Assembly (NCBI GenBank): GCA_035221665.1
Contig: CM069142.1
Location: forward strand, 73,966,001 to 74,022,218
Origin: Okamejei kenojei
Taxonomy: Eukaryota
Length of the DNA stretch: 56,218 nt
Direction: 5' to 3'
Every line of letters begins with the position of its first letter. Within the stretch, counting starts at the first letter, position 1. This document shows, in pieces, positions 24,776-38,064 of the stretch. The notes beneath the pieces are model-generated. The model saw nothing but the letters and a program-made list of their open reading frames with translations. It searched no databases and was not told where the DNA came from. The position numbers were made by a program, and so were the translations under genes.

Positions 24776-25321
24776 ATCCATATAATTTGCGGGATTTGAC
24801 AATTGAAGATAAGTTCTTGACTTAATGGGCCCTGTTCGGGTTTTATTCTTCATGTCATACTGACTGTAGAATGTTCATCTGAGCTCCACGACCCACTAGT
24901 CAAAGACAGGCAATTCATGTCTATACAGTGATGTGAAAGTGCGGCTGCATCCACAGATGTCATGTAACATCCGGAACACTGATGAAATTCCATTCTGAAC
25001 TTAACTACCAAAAGCTTAAAGTCTCAATAGAAAGTGACACGTGCCTTACCCACCAAATTATTCCAGCCCTTTGCTTTTTTTAAATCAACTCACGAACAAT
25101 CGAAGCGGCTGAGTGCATCATGTTGAAAACATTATCAAGAGTATTAAAAGTACAGACACAGTCACAGAGGACAAAAGCAGAACAGTCGGCCCAGTATATC
25201 CCTTTGACAACGACTTACCGAGCTATAATTTCCCCATTTACAAGCACTCGATGTACCATGATAAACAATGTATTTAGCAGCATCTCAGGAAGTCCAAGTG
25301 AGTGGCCGGCTACTTTTAATC

Positions 25322-26604
25322 AGAAAAATAAGGGAATTACTAAGATGGGAGATCTTTTAAGGAAAACTCTTTCCTTTCATTTCAAGAGTTACAACAAATT
25401 TATGGACTACACACTAAAGAATATTTTAGATATTTACAAATCAGAAATTATGTTTCTGCAAATACACAAGAACTTAGAAATAGAAAGATAGAAATTCTAG
25501 ATGAATGCTTAAATAAACATCCAAATACAGAAAAAATGATTTCATATATATACAATATTCTATTGGAAAGTGATGTTCCATCAACAGAAATATATAGACA
25601 GTCTTGGGGAAAATGAACTAGGCCAAATTATAAGGCCAGAACTATGGGATGAAAGTTTACAACATACACATCATTGTTCGTTAAATGCTAAACATTCCCT
25701 TATACAGTTTAAAATACTACATAGATTGCATTATTCCAAATCTAAATTACATAACATCTTTCCAAAAGTATCCCCCATATGTGATAAATGTCAACATTTA
25801 GAAGCAAATTTGTCACATTCATTTACTAACTGTATAAAAATTACAAAATTCTGGATAGAAATATTTAAGATAATTTCGAATGTTGTCAATATAATTCTGA
25901 CTCCTGATCCAAAGTTAATAATACTTGGAATACTAGAAGCAGACCAATTAGTAACAATGAATCAAAGAATTTTTATTGACTATGGTTTAATAATTGGGAA
26001 AAAATTAATATTAAAATTTTGGAAAGGCCCTATATCCCCAACAATCAAAATGTGGAATACAGAAATGTCGGAGACACTTCATCTGGAGAGATTGAGGCTT
26101 GTCTTAATGGACAGGTTAGATCTCTTCAGAGAGATTTGGTCTCCATTTATTAAATATTTACAGGGTCATAATGGCTCGGCACGAGGGCTTGACTGAGGCC
26201 TGAATATTAGAATGGATGAAGAAACATATATAATAAATCATGACTATATCTCAAGGACGGATTAATGATTAACACTCCATTCACCATCATATTTTCTTAT
26301 ACTCTTTTTCTCTATCTTTTCTTACTTAAAAAAAAAATCAGAAAAATGTATAGAAACATATAATCTTACATTTTTAATATTAATAAGAATATAAATATTA
26401 CTAATATCATGAATGTATTATTAGTATCATGTATTTTCAATTATATAAAATATATTAGTCTCAAATTTTAATAATCAATGATAATACAAATATTATTAAC
26501 AGTATGAATATATCATTAATATCATGTATTTTCATCTATGCAAAATAATGTACTTTTTATTATTATGTTTCTATAATAAAAATACTTAACAAAAAAAAGA
26601 AAAA
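25322..26604 (+). mobile_element. 5'-truncated L1, same family as 13879-20444
   Basis: ORF 25570-26196 is near-identical to 14975-15202; AT-rich UTR, AATAAA, A-rich tail. Confidence 0.9.
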
Positions 26605-26693
26605 GTGATTTTTATTTTTGGTCAAAATATTGGGTGTCATTATTAATCGACGATAGCTTATGAGCAATTCCAATAAAGTTTATTTTCTTTCAG

Positions 26694-27011
26694 AACGCGT
26701 GGTACATCATCCTACCGTCACCATTACCATAACTGCCTTTGATGCAATCAAGTGCAGCAGAAAAGTGATCGCCGTGTGTTTGGTCAACGATTTCACCCCA
26801 GAGAAATTTACTGTGAATTGGCTGAAGAATGGCGAGCCATTGCATTCTGGCATCGTCACCTCTCTCGCCTTCCAGGTGAATGGTAATGGTAACTTTTCGG
26901 TGACCAGCCAGTTGACATTCCCAGCTGCCGAGTAGTTCAGAGGTTTCGTCTATACCTGCCAAGTCAACCATGAAAATGATTTGAAAAGCCAAAACATCAG
27001 TAGGTCTCCAG
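26694..27011 (+). pseudogene. IgW: IgW CH2 exon with premature stop
   Basis: Acceptor TTTTCTTTCAG; PTVTI...AVCLVNDFTPEKFTVNWLKNG...FSVTSQLTFPAAE*FRGFVYTCQVNHE; TAG at 26933-26935 at the usual Trp position; donor G|GTAAG. Confidence 0.92.
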
Positions 27012-27234
27012 GTAAGAAATACATCCGTGGTGTGTCTCGGGATATTAGTGTAACCATTAGCGCTCACCGTGGTAGAACGTCACTGACATTGTGAAAGTCT
27101 GTGTGTAGGATGGAAATGCTGATACTGGTTTGCACCGAAAATAGTAACATAATTCCGGAGTAACAGCGGGTTAGGCATCTGCAGAGAAAAGGAATAGGTG
27201 ATGATTCGGGTTGAGACTCTTCTTCCTACTTAGA

Positions 27235-30200
27235 AAAATAGTAAGATTAAAACGAGAACTCACCTGTTCGAAGTTTGATCGTTATTTTACAGGAGTTACG
27301 ATGAGGGATTAGTGAAGAGCCCGCCTCACGCTGGTAACGGCATACTTCAAAGCAACGGGCATGAAAAAACACAGAACACCAAAGCCGGAGTAAGACATAG
27401 TAAGGCTCATAAAGACTTAGAACCACCATTTGATCATTTATTTTACGAGGGTGGCGAGTGGAGGGCACGTAATCCCCTCATCGTAACTCCTCGTAAAATA
27501 ACGATCAAAACTTCGAAACAGGTGAGTTCTCGGTTTAATATCTTACTATTTTACTTCGGAGTCACGTGAGTGACTACGTGAAGAGTATTTAAAGCTTTCT
27601 GTGTTTTTTATGTCGTAGAATAATTAATCCGTACGACAGTCCGGCTAAGTAAACACATACATGAGAAAGCACACACAAATGTTAGATTTTTCACAATTAA
27701 GTTTTTTAATGGCTGAAAGACCATATAATACCCTCCTTATATTTGAGGGAAAAAAATGATTACAAGTGACAAAAGTTATCAGTGACTACACAACTGATTA
27801 TAGCAATTAATAGCAAACAAAGAGCAGGTGATTATAGTGCTCCCAACACCGCGTGTCCAAAGCTTGTCATAGTGTGAACAGGTTTGTTGTAGAACTTTGA
27901 GAAAAAGTTTCTTCTTTTATACTCCACCCTGCGATTTTTTCTTTAAATATGCTCGAGAGGTACGTCCCGCCCTTCGCCGCGGACGTAGCTGCCGCCCTGG
28001 TGGAGTGAGATTTGAAGATCAGTGTCTACTCCCGCTAAAACCAACACCTGTTTCAACCATTTGAGATAGTTTGAACTGAAGCTTTTGTGTGTGGCTTTTT
28101 GTGCGTAAGCAGCAATGTCTTTTCGTTTCCTCGAAAAAGTGTCCGACACTTTAATACATTGTTCAAATGTCTACACCCACACACCAAAGCAAGATCAATA
28201 TGAAAAGCTTGAAAAGTTCCCCCCCCCTGTTACCTTTGTTCGAGATCTCCCTGTCTACTTTGTTTGATCAGATCGTAAACATAGAATACAACGTTATCTG
28301 TAGTCACATGCATACAGTCTAAACGCAACATTTGTAAAGTTGGCACTCTTTTGGGCTGAGACCAGTGGACATTAACATGACCAATTTCAATGTTACCTAT
28401 CCAATGACAACCCTTCAATTGGCGTCCATTCTCTAAGTAGTGAAGTACTATGCTCACATCCAATATCTCTGTATATCTAGGTTTTGGCGGAATTGTTGAA
28501 AAATTCCTTTCATGAATCGTGATATTAATGGATGCCCCTTTTCCGACCCAATTGATTTCTCACCAGTCATAAGTCCTAAATAGGACGACAAGGACACTGC
28601 GTGCAGTGTTAATGGCACTGTAACTTAAATGTTGGCCAAAGCGCAAATTGGCAAGGAATTCCAAAACATGAGTAACATTCACATAATCATCAGAATTTTT
28701 GACTGTGTGCAAAATTCTCCCTATTTCTTAATATGTGTCATATATTGTTTCTGTGTGCTATCTCTGCCATGATGGCAATAACTGTCAAGTTGGTCCGACC
28801 CCCCCATCCCAGTTCCTGTAGTGGTCTGAGTCAAAACCTGCAGATTAACAATTTTCATATATGCATATAATGGGTAATCTTCATTTGTTACTGGATTAGT
28901 CAAGATATCACGACAGTTAAGAATCTGCATATACGTTCTTTAATCATATTCAGCATAACTGGGAACCAAGGTTGAGTTGGCCAATATTGGGCACTACCAA
29001 CAATCCGAAGCTGAATCTTGCTCTATTTCTTCAAGCATCTCTGGATCAGGAGCAAATAGTGGCCCAGCCCTCCCAAAGAACATTTTTCCCCAGTGTAATA
29101 AAAATGCATCTACTGCAACTGCGTCCGGATCGTGTTCCCAAGACACATAAAATGAGGCAAGTGATGATTAAGCTGGATGCAAATACAAATCAATTTCTGG
29201 CAACCAAATCGTCGATAACAATATTTTTAAATATTGGTGGACTTAACACATACATTTCATATTATCTTTGAAAAATCCTGGACCTTTCATCTGCTACCAC
29301 ATTGTCTTTACCTGGAGTATAGCTTACTGCATCATCCATTATACTTTTGCCGACCAATACACCCATTGCCATATCTCATGGACTGACCAGACAATCACAT
29401 GATACTGATCAACTCTCCCCATGTGATTTAATGTAAACCTCACTGCTGTTTTTATTGTGTAATTGTATTAACACATGCAGACCTTGTTTAGCACAACAAT
29501 ACTTTAAGCCCATAAAAGGCCCCAATAACTCCCATAGTTAATACCATACTCTTGGAGAAAACACTTGTTCTTCAGTTTTCCATCTACCTCCACAACTGGA
29601 GGATAAATCTGTGGCCCCCATCCGAGAGCACTAGCATCTGTATGTAGGGTAACCTTTTCAGGCTGTTTAATCATAATTTTTATTAGCAGCTTGTGGGACA
29701 TTTTCCTTTTTTAACCCACCATTGTAAATTCCAATACAGCTTCTTTTGTTAATTACATAGGGCCTGTCAAATGGCCTGCCATTCTCTTTGAGAGCTTGTA
29801 TCTTGTACCTTCGAAGATATCAATAAATGTAATGAACAAATTCTACTGCAGGAAATGCTGCTAGCAGTTCACCAATGTTGTCACCTTTCTCGGATGGAAG
29901 GATAAGGTTTTGAATGAGATAATGACAGTTACCAAAATATGATCATCGACTTTATCTGTTGGTAAAGTATTAACATAGTCACTGAGTTAATTACAAACCC
30001 CAAAAGTAAATTGTTTGTGCTGGCTGCAGCTCCACAACACATCGGCTTAATTAGATGAATTTAAGAACCTTAGCTTCACAAAGCTTTAGTAACTGAAACT
30101 GAGTCCTCAGCTGACTCCCCCCCCCCCTGATAATCACTAGATGACCAAATTGTCATGGTGAGAATAAGCCATAATGATGTTGCTTTTTGTGCTCTAATTG

Positions 30201-32283
30201 GGCTAAACTGTTTCAACAGTTTCGTAAAGAGTAAAAAGCTGAACTCAGTCCATTTGGCAAAGCTTAACTGCCATAATTGTCACAACCAATTAAAAAAAAA
30301 TTTAAGTACCACCGAGACCTGATGCATAGGTACAGGTAAGAAGTATTGGCGTCTTTTCATCAATCTTAGCCATATAACAAATGCTGAATTTAATTATTTT
30401 GCAGTCATGGTCAATAAAATGTCTTTTTTCCATTTGAACATGTTTGATATTCCTACAAACTTATTTAGACCGGGTTAGGTCAGAATACTCTGCATACCAT
30501 CATCTGTAATGCCTTCTAACATTAAAGACAAATTTATGCTCGTGTTCAAATAAATCTTTTCCCATTACCTCTTTTCCAGATAATTAAGTAGCAATTGTGG
30601 ACATAAATCTCTGCTTTTTCAATTGCAGAAATCACCGAAACATAAGCAGGTTTATTCTGTACAGGAGGATTAACCTCTTTTTTTTTAAAAGTAATAGTAG
30701 TTAATGAAACTGCTCGTAATATACTGATCAAAAATAATAGTAAGCCAGTCTTAATAAAACTTTTTGTAATCTCCTCTAACTGGAGATTTTAATCCGCAGT
30801 TTCTTTAAGCAGGAACAAGTCTTTATTTCCTCTGCATATGAGCGTGGTGTTCTCCTTATCCCCTGAATTCGGGTAAGTATTTGGTTGTGCAATACAATAA
30901 AACCTTCCTTGACATATTGTCTGCCTCTATTTTCCAATATCAAATCCCTCTTCTGGGCATCTCGAAAATACCTTTTCGTCAAAGACGAAGGTTTTCATGC
31001 AGCTAAAAATTTAGCTTTTCATCCAATTTCAATAAGTTATGGCAGATTACTCCAAACAGATAACCAAGGAGCTTAAACACCACTTGCTCGACACAGGTAT
31101 GCAACCTTGGTGAAAAAAATGGCCCAAAATAGCCATTTATATTATATAAAATTTCATAGAAAGAATTGCACAATAGCGTCTTTATTTTGATGTTATTCCT
31201 TTCATCTGCCCAAAAGCCATAATAGCAGGCAGAATAATTTGTGTGGATTTTTAAACCTCACTATTTGACGCTCTCATATTTGGAGTCATGGATGCCCCTA
31301 TTAACGGATAAACCGTAGGCTCTTCCAATGAGGCACAATTTCTGTGCTGTGCATATTTTAATTTTTCATTCATCACAGAATCATGAATTGGTGAGATACC
31401 ATATATATATGTTGGCAGCTAGGATTTCTTCCATAGCCTCACACTTCCTTCATATATAGCAAAACCTTTTGCTATTCCATGCATCTTTGGCCTCTTTTCA
31501 TATTTTTTCATTTTATTTTTATTTTTATTTTTGTGGTGTGCTTTCAAAATGCAAATCACCATCAAAGGGTCTGCCTTCTGCAGCCCTAAATCAATTGGGA
31601 TTTCATCCATGAGACTTCTTCGGCCCAAATCCTGGGTCCGGAGTTCCAACTCCAATTAGGCCCATGGCCTATTCAAAATAATTAAACCCCTCAGTGCTAA
31701 TCTTAGGAACCTTCAGGGTACTTTGACCCTAGTCTCATATTATTTGAGAACATTTCTCATATGCTCCATAATCAGTTCCACATAGTTTACTTATTGGAGG
31801 GATTTTTCAATGTCAGAGTCATCAGAACCACGGGCCTCTCAGATTTTTTATTTTATTTTATTTTCCATTTTCATTATTCGGAGCATTTCTCTCCGTGGTT
31901 ATCATTTTGTAAAACTAATTCGCTAACGGGTATATCTGCGGCCACCGTATCGGAACCGGCTCCGCACTAGCTTTCCCGTATATTTATTTTTCACCCCAGG
32001 AAGCATTTTGACCCGCGAATATAAGTTTACTTCATCATCTGTGCTTATCCAGCACTAATATGACTCTGACTGATTTAATATATTTCCTATACTGCTGGAC
32101 CTACCCAGCGCCCGCTAAGAAATCCCAACTTTAACTGTTCTTACTGCGGGGCCGTTCCGACCGCTGCGAGGAGCTGCTCCTTACTGCAGCTCCACCTTCC
32201 GCCGTCAGCGTCGACGTCAAGCCGTTACCAGCGTGAGGCGGGCTCTTCACGTAGTCACTCACGTGAGATCTCAAAAGTAAAAT
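27235..32283 (-). mobile_element. Structurally complete DIRS1-type tyrosine-recombinase retrotransposon (ORFs disrupted)
   Basis: Perfect 30-bp inverted repeat at 27312-27341 and 32221-32250; ICR at 27466-27585 complementary to both ends; RNase H motif LHTDASALGWG; methyltransferase-like and recombinase fragments (KWLKQVLVLAGVDT). Confidence 0.88.
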
Positions 32284-34645
32284 CAGAGGCGACGGGAAAC
32301 TAGAGGTATGGGAATGTACAAACAATATGAATCAGAGGAGGTGGAAACTAGAGGTATGAGAATGTACAAACAAATAAGTGAAAGGTATGAAAATAAGAAA
32401 TCAAAAGCCTGCAACAATGAACAAGGAAAGGTCGAGGCACATTTGGTCCGTTGTTGTCTATGGAAATGGTGATAACGAGTAGATACCAAAGAGTGATACG
32501 AAACGGGAACGCAGTGAAAACTAGTCGGATGACGAGGGTGGTAGGTGGCGGAGACAGATGGAATGCCAGGGTTACTTGAAATTAAAGTCAATATTGATAC
32601 CGCTGAGTTTTAGGTTGCAGAAGCGAAACATGAGATGTTGTTCCTCCAATTTGCGTTTAGATTCATTCTCACAGTGGAGGAAGCCCAGGACAGAAAGGAC
32701 AGCGTGGGAATGGGTGGGTTTTAATGTGTTTGGCAAGCTGGTGATCGCCTTGAGCAAGGGCGGACAGAGCGAAGGTGTTCAGCGAAACGACCACCACAGT
32801 CTGCGCTTGATTCACCGATGTACAGGAACCCACATCTAGAACAGTGGTTGGTGGAGGTGCAAGTGAACTGCCTCATCTGAAAGGACTGTCGGGGTCCCTG
32901 GATGAAGTTGAGTGAGGCGGTATCTGGATGAGTGTTGCGTCTCCTGCTGTTGCATGAGATGGGATGGTTGCTGCAAGAAGGGGTGGATTAAAGAGGGAGT
33001 TGGGCAGGGTACATTCTCTGAGAATGGCGGAAAGGGGTGGAGATAGAAAGGTATGATCAATGGTGGAATCCCGTTGCAGATGGCGAAAACTTTGGAGCAT
33101 ATTTGTGCAGTATGCGACGGCTGACAGTGTGAAAGGTCTTTATGGAATTTGCCCCTGTTGAGATGAGGTGGTGGGGGGGGGGGGGGGGGGCGGGGGGGGG
33201 GGGGATGGGGAGGGGGGGGGTTGGGAGGGGGGGGCGGGTGGGGGGAGGGGAGGGGGGGGGGGGGGGGGGGGGGGCGTGGAAGGGCGGAGAGAAGAAGAAG
33301 AGAAAGAGAAGAAGAGGAGGAGGAGAGAGAAAGAAGAGGAGAGGGAAGGATGCGGAAGATAATGAGAGAGACATGGGTGAGGGCATCATCTTGGGGATGG
33401 GGGGGGGGGGGGGGAGAAGAGGGGTGGGAAACGACGGTTCCCTACACGATCGAAGCACGATCCCGGATGTCCTTGTATGGAACAGCTCATCTTGGGTGAA
33501 GATACGATGGAGAGAGGATGTGACCAGGGAATTAGAAGTCTTTGCAGGAGGCAGGATGAGAAGTGTCGCCCATCAAGCTGTGGTTGTCCATAGGTTTGTA
33601 ATAGAAGTTTGACAATAGCTTTCTCCTGTGATGGAGACGGTGAGATCAAGAAAGTGGAGGGTGGTCGGAGATTGTCCGAGTGAATTTGGAGTGCAGGCTG
33701 GAAGAAGTAGCCCCTTTTGAGTCGTCAATCTAGCAGGAGAAAGAGGCAGCCACCGCTGGGGCCAATACGAGCCCATGGGCCCATGCTATGTCTTTGATTT
33801 GGAGGAATTGGGGAGAATTCTAATGAGACGATGATGATAGTGAGGAGCAGTTCCTTTAAGTAGAGGGAAATTAGCTGGTTCAGCGATCCATGAAGAAACG
33901 TAGGACATTAAGCCCTCACTGGCCGGGGGATGGAGGTGTAGAGTAAACTGAACGCCCATGGTTAAAGTTGAGGGCACTGGGGGCTGGAGAAAGGAAGTAA
34001 TTGAAGAGACGGACGTGTGACGTGTCTTGGACATGGGTCGAAAGGATTGGATCAGAGGAGATGGGATGGAGTTGCGGTGCATGGAATGTTTCAGGGGGAC
34101 AGGAGCTGGCAGAATCAATTCATGGATTTTGGTGAGCAGGTGAAAACGCGCATGCGGGCCGAGGAGCGATAAGGTACTGTGGTTTTGGAGGGCAGACAGC
34201 CGCAAAGTGATAAAATTAAAGATGATCGGCGAGATAATGTGGAGCCATGGTCCAGGCTTAAGTAGGAGGTGTCCAAGTGTTAGGACTGGCCTCAGCGGTA
34301 GAGGGCAGCTCACCAGACAACCAAGGCACCTTCCCTTGTCGGCGGGTTGATGCTAATGTCAGAGTGCTGCAGGAACGGTTTAAAACGGCCGATGCCACGT
34401 CAGAAGTTAGAAATGAAAATGTCCAGGAGGGTTGAAGGCCATCCGGTGAAGTCCAAGAGGAGGAAGCCAGTGGAGATGGTATAAGTGGGTCATCACTGGC
34501 AAGGAGATGGAGATCCTTGTTTTTCATTTGTACCTATTAATACCAATCTAAAGGAGGGCCTCAAGCCGAAACGGCACGTATTCATTTTCTGCAGAGACGG
34601 TGGCTGACCGCTGAGATACAGTACTCCAGCATATTGTGTACCTAT
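32284..34645 (-). mobile_element. Penelope-like element (terminus at about 27103-27234, split by DIRS) with inverted partial pLTR at about 34540-34645
   Basis: RKLEEQHLMFR (GIY-YIG region), LHFLDLTVSITG and ADKG RT remnants; homologous to 11825-13878. Confidence 0.8.
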
Positions 34646-34867
34646 CGTGGTATAGCCCATGATGCGATCTCTCATTTAATTTATGGTGTTGTTCTCTGCA
34701 TAGAGACAAGAGTTCAGTGCATGACGATTTAGGAACCCATGTTCCAGAATCACTACTCAGATGGGGTCATGTACAACATTAAAGTTTGGGGGCGGGATGA
34801 TTGGTGTAAACCTTCAATCCCGGTTACTCCTGGAAATGCTTATGTTCACATTAATTATTGTGTACAG

Positions 34868-35169
34868 GTCCTTATTCCTGCAACGAACCGAAGATTACAA
34901 TCCTTCCCCACCTGTTGAAACAAGAGTTAATGGAGATGACCGTAACGTTAACCTGTCGGGTATCGATGCACCTTATGGTATCACAGTATCTTGGAACCAC
35001 ATGAAGGAACATTTGGAATCGGAGATCCAGTCCACAGGACATGCAGATATCGTAGAGAGCAAAGTCAACATTTCGACTCATGACTGGCTGAGTGGGGATT
35101 ATTTTGAATGCATGGTGAGCCATGATGATATGCCGACTCCAAAAACGGAACAAATCAACTGGAAGAAAG
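34868..35169 (+). pseudogene. IgW: IgW CH3 exon (frameshifted)
   Basis: Acceptor GTACAG; GPYSCNEPKITILP...EMTVTLTCRVS / DAPYGITVSW...SKVNISTHDWLSGDYFECMVSHDDMPTPKTEQINWKK; donor G|GTGAG. Confidence 0.88.
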
Positions 35170-35869
35170 GTGAGCCGGGGTGGCTGCAGCGATGTTCTGT
35201 GGGCCAGAGGTGACTGGTGCACTTTTCTTCTGAGATTAAGCTAAAATTAATGATTGAGATCACTCTGTCGGCAAAGCAATGTCTATGCAAAATGGTGCTA
35301 AGACTTCATTGAGTCCCTGGTCAGAACTGGAAAAGAGGGAATCCAAGATGACTTTGCATGAATATGAGGTGCGGACAGGTTACTGGAAACATCGATGATA
35401 ATTTACATTTAAAAGTAAAGTGGATAGGTATATGGACGTGAAGGGAATGGAGGGGTATGGTCTGAGTGCAGGTAGATGGGACTAGGGGAAAACATATGGT
35501 CGGCACGGACTGGAAGGGCCGAGAGGGCCTGTCTCCGTGCTGTAATTGTTATATGGTTATATTGGTTAATTTGCGGCGAGTGTCAAGGTGCGGACATGTT
35601 GTCTCTGGACTATGGTACAATATGGATATTCGGAGCATTGCCGCGTTTGTTAAATAGCACGCGGTGTTGTACTTGCAGGGATATGGGTTGCCTACCAAAT
35701 TACCATGTGGTGATGAGTAAATCGCAGATACTCTCACTTGTAGCAGAAATGCCCATTTCTGAGCTAGGCACATGAACAAGTTACTCGAAAAAAAAAAAAC
35801 CTTCAAATGCCGTATATCGGAAAGACGTCACATTAATGTAGATCATTTAATTATTGACTCCAATGGTCT

Positions 35870-38064
35870 GAATTCAATTCAATTTCAATCTTTAATTGTC
35901 ATTGTGCAGTGTACAGTACAGAGACAACAAAATGCAGTTAAACATCTCCCTGAAGAGCAAACTTAGAATAATGAACGGTAAAAGATATATATGTACAAAC
36001 AGTATCAGTAGTTACAATTATACTGGGGGAAGGAGTGTCTGGGGGGGGGGGGGTGACTGGCATCATCGAGGTGCAGAGTTAAGTATTATAACAGCCGCAG
36101 GGAAGAAGCTGTTCCTGAAACCTGCTGGTCCGGCAACGGAGGGACCTGTAGCGCCTCCCATATGGGAGGAGGGTAAACAGTCTGTGGCTGGAGTGAGACC
36201 AGTCCTTGACGATGCTGCGATGCCCTTTGCAGACATCACTTGCTAGTGGACAGACTCAATGGAGGGGAGTGAGGAACCGGTGATGCGTTGGGTAGTTTTC
36301 GCCACCCTCTGCAGTGCTTTCGGTCGAGAGACAGAGCAGTTGCCATACCCTACAGTGAAACAGTTGGTAAGGATGCTCTTGATGATGCAGCAGTAGAAGT
36401 TCACCAGAATCTGAGGGGATGGACCTTCTTTAGTCTCCTCAGGAAGAGGAGACGTCTCGTGAGCCTTCTTGACCATTGTGGAAGTATCGTGGGTACAAGA
36501 GGTCATCAGAGATGTTGACCCCCAGAAACCTGAAACTGGAAACGCATTCCACCTCTGTCCCGTTAATATGGATGGGGGTGTGCGTACAGCCCCTAGATCT
36601 TCTATAGTCCACAATGAGCTTCTTGGAGTTGAGGGCCAGGTTGTTGTCAGCGCACCGGCTCGATGGAGGTGGTTTTAAAGCACGTGGGGACAACTGCCTG
36701 GGCAAGTGACAGGTTGAAGATGTCAGTCCAGACGTCTGTCAGCTGTGCAGCACAGGTCCTGAGGACGCACCCAGGGATGCTGTCAGGGCCGGCAGCCTTG
36801 CGTGCATTAATCCTACTCGGTGCTAGATACACGTCTTAGGGGGTGAGTGTGAGGGGCTGGTGATCAGCAGGGAGCACAGCCTTGATAGCCATCTCTTGGT
36901 TGTCCCCGTCAAAGCGGCCATAAAAGTGGTTAAGCTCCTCAAGGAAGGATGAGTCGCTGGATGTGGGGGTGGTGTTGGTGGCTCTGAAGTCCGTGATGGA
37001 CTGGATGCCTTGCCACATGTGTCGGGGGTCGGAGTTGTTTTGGAAATGCTCCTCAATCCTAAGCTTGTAGCTATGCTTGGCCTTCTTGATGCTCCTCTTC
37101 AGGTTGGCCCTCGATGAACTATAGGCACGAGCATCGCCTGAGCTGAAAGCCGAGTCCCGTGCTTTCAGCAGTCGCCTGACCTCGCTGTTCATCCATGGCT
37201 TCTGATTCGGGAATGAGGTAATCCGTTTGAGGGTGGTGACACTGTTGATGGTGGAGTTGATGAATTCCAGAACAGAGGATGTATAAGTGTCTATGTCCGT
37301 GTGGGAGTCGAAGGTGGCCTGGGCTGCAAACACATTCCAGTCAGTGTTTCCTAAAATGCTGCTGAAGTGTGGAGTCTCCCTCTCCTCTGACCAAACTTTA
37401 ACTGTTCTCACTGTGGGTTTTACGTGTCTGATGAGTGGGGAGTACTTAGGGAGCAGAAACAATGAGAGGTGATCAGACTGTCCAAGGTGGGGGAGGGGAA
37501 AGGCTTTGTAAGCTTCAGCCATATTTGTGTAGACTTTCTCCAGTGTCTTGTCTTCTCTAGTGGTGAAGGAGACATGTTGGTGGAATTTGGAGAGTAGTGT
37601 TCAGGTTGGAGTGATTGAAGTCACCCGCAACAATGAAGGCTGCCTCGGGGTTGTGAGTCAGTTGTTTGCTAATGGCAGTATGCAGTTCTTTCATTGCAAG
37701 CTTAGCATTAGCGTCAGGAGGGATATAGGCTGCAGCCACAACAGTGGAGGTAAACTCTTGGGCAGATAGAAACGGTCTGCATTTAACCAAAGAGGAACTC
37801 TAGGTTAGCTGAGCAGTGACTCTCGATGATGGTTGTGTCCATGCACCATGCTTTATTCACAAAAATGCACAGACCCCCACCTCTGATCTGGTGTTCTGTC
37901 CGCTCGGAGTATAAGACGCCCCGTTAGTTCAATGGCGATGTCAGGAACATCGGTGTTGAGCCAGGTTTCAATGAAGATCAGGATGTTGCAGTCTTTGATC
38001 CAGTTGTGGGACGTAATCAGTAGCCGGAGTTCATTCATTTTGTTTGCCAGTGAACGTACGTTGG
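35870..38064 (-). mobile_element. Rex1/Babar-like LINE (endonuclease-RT), internally deleted
   Basis: NVRSLANK, ETWL, AGDFN, SDH, QKPWMN and KAAGPD motifs; (AATTC)n-type tail at 35870-35886. Confidence 0.85.

Noticed and set aside
6533-29185. ATGCAAAT octamers (6533, 10018, 23028, 23245, about 29177) as Ig promoter or enhancer sites
   Set aside because: A few are expected by chance in 56 kb of this composition, and several lie in or at the edge of transposons. The one at 23028 in the J-C intron has no other support.
33057-33612. Gly/Pro-rich ORFs and G-quadruplex-like tract
   Set aside because: Low-complexity G and GA runs inside a Penelope element; probably simple repeat or sequencing artefact.
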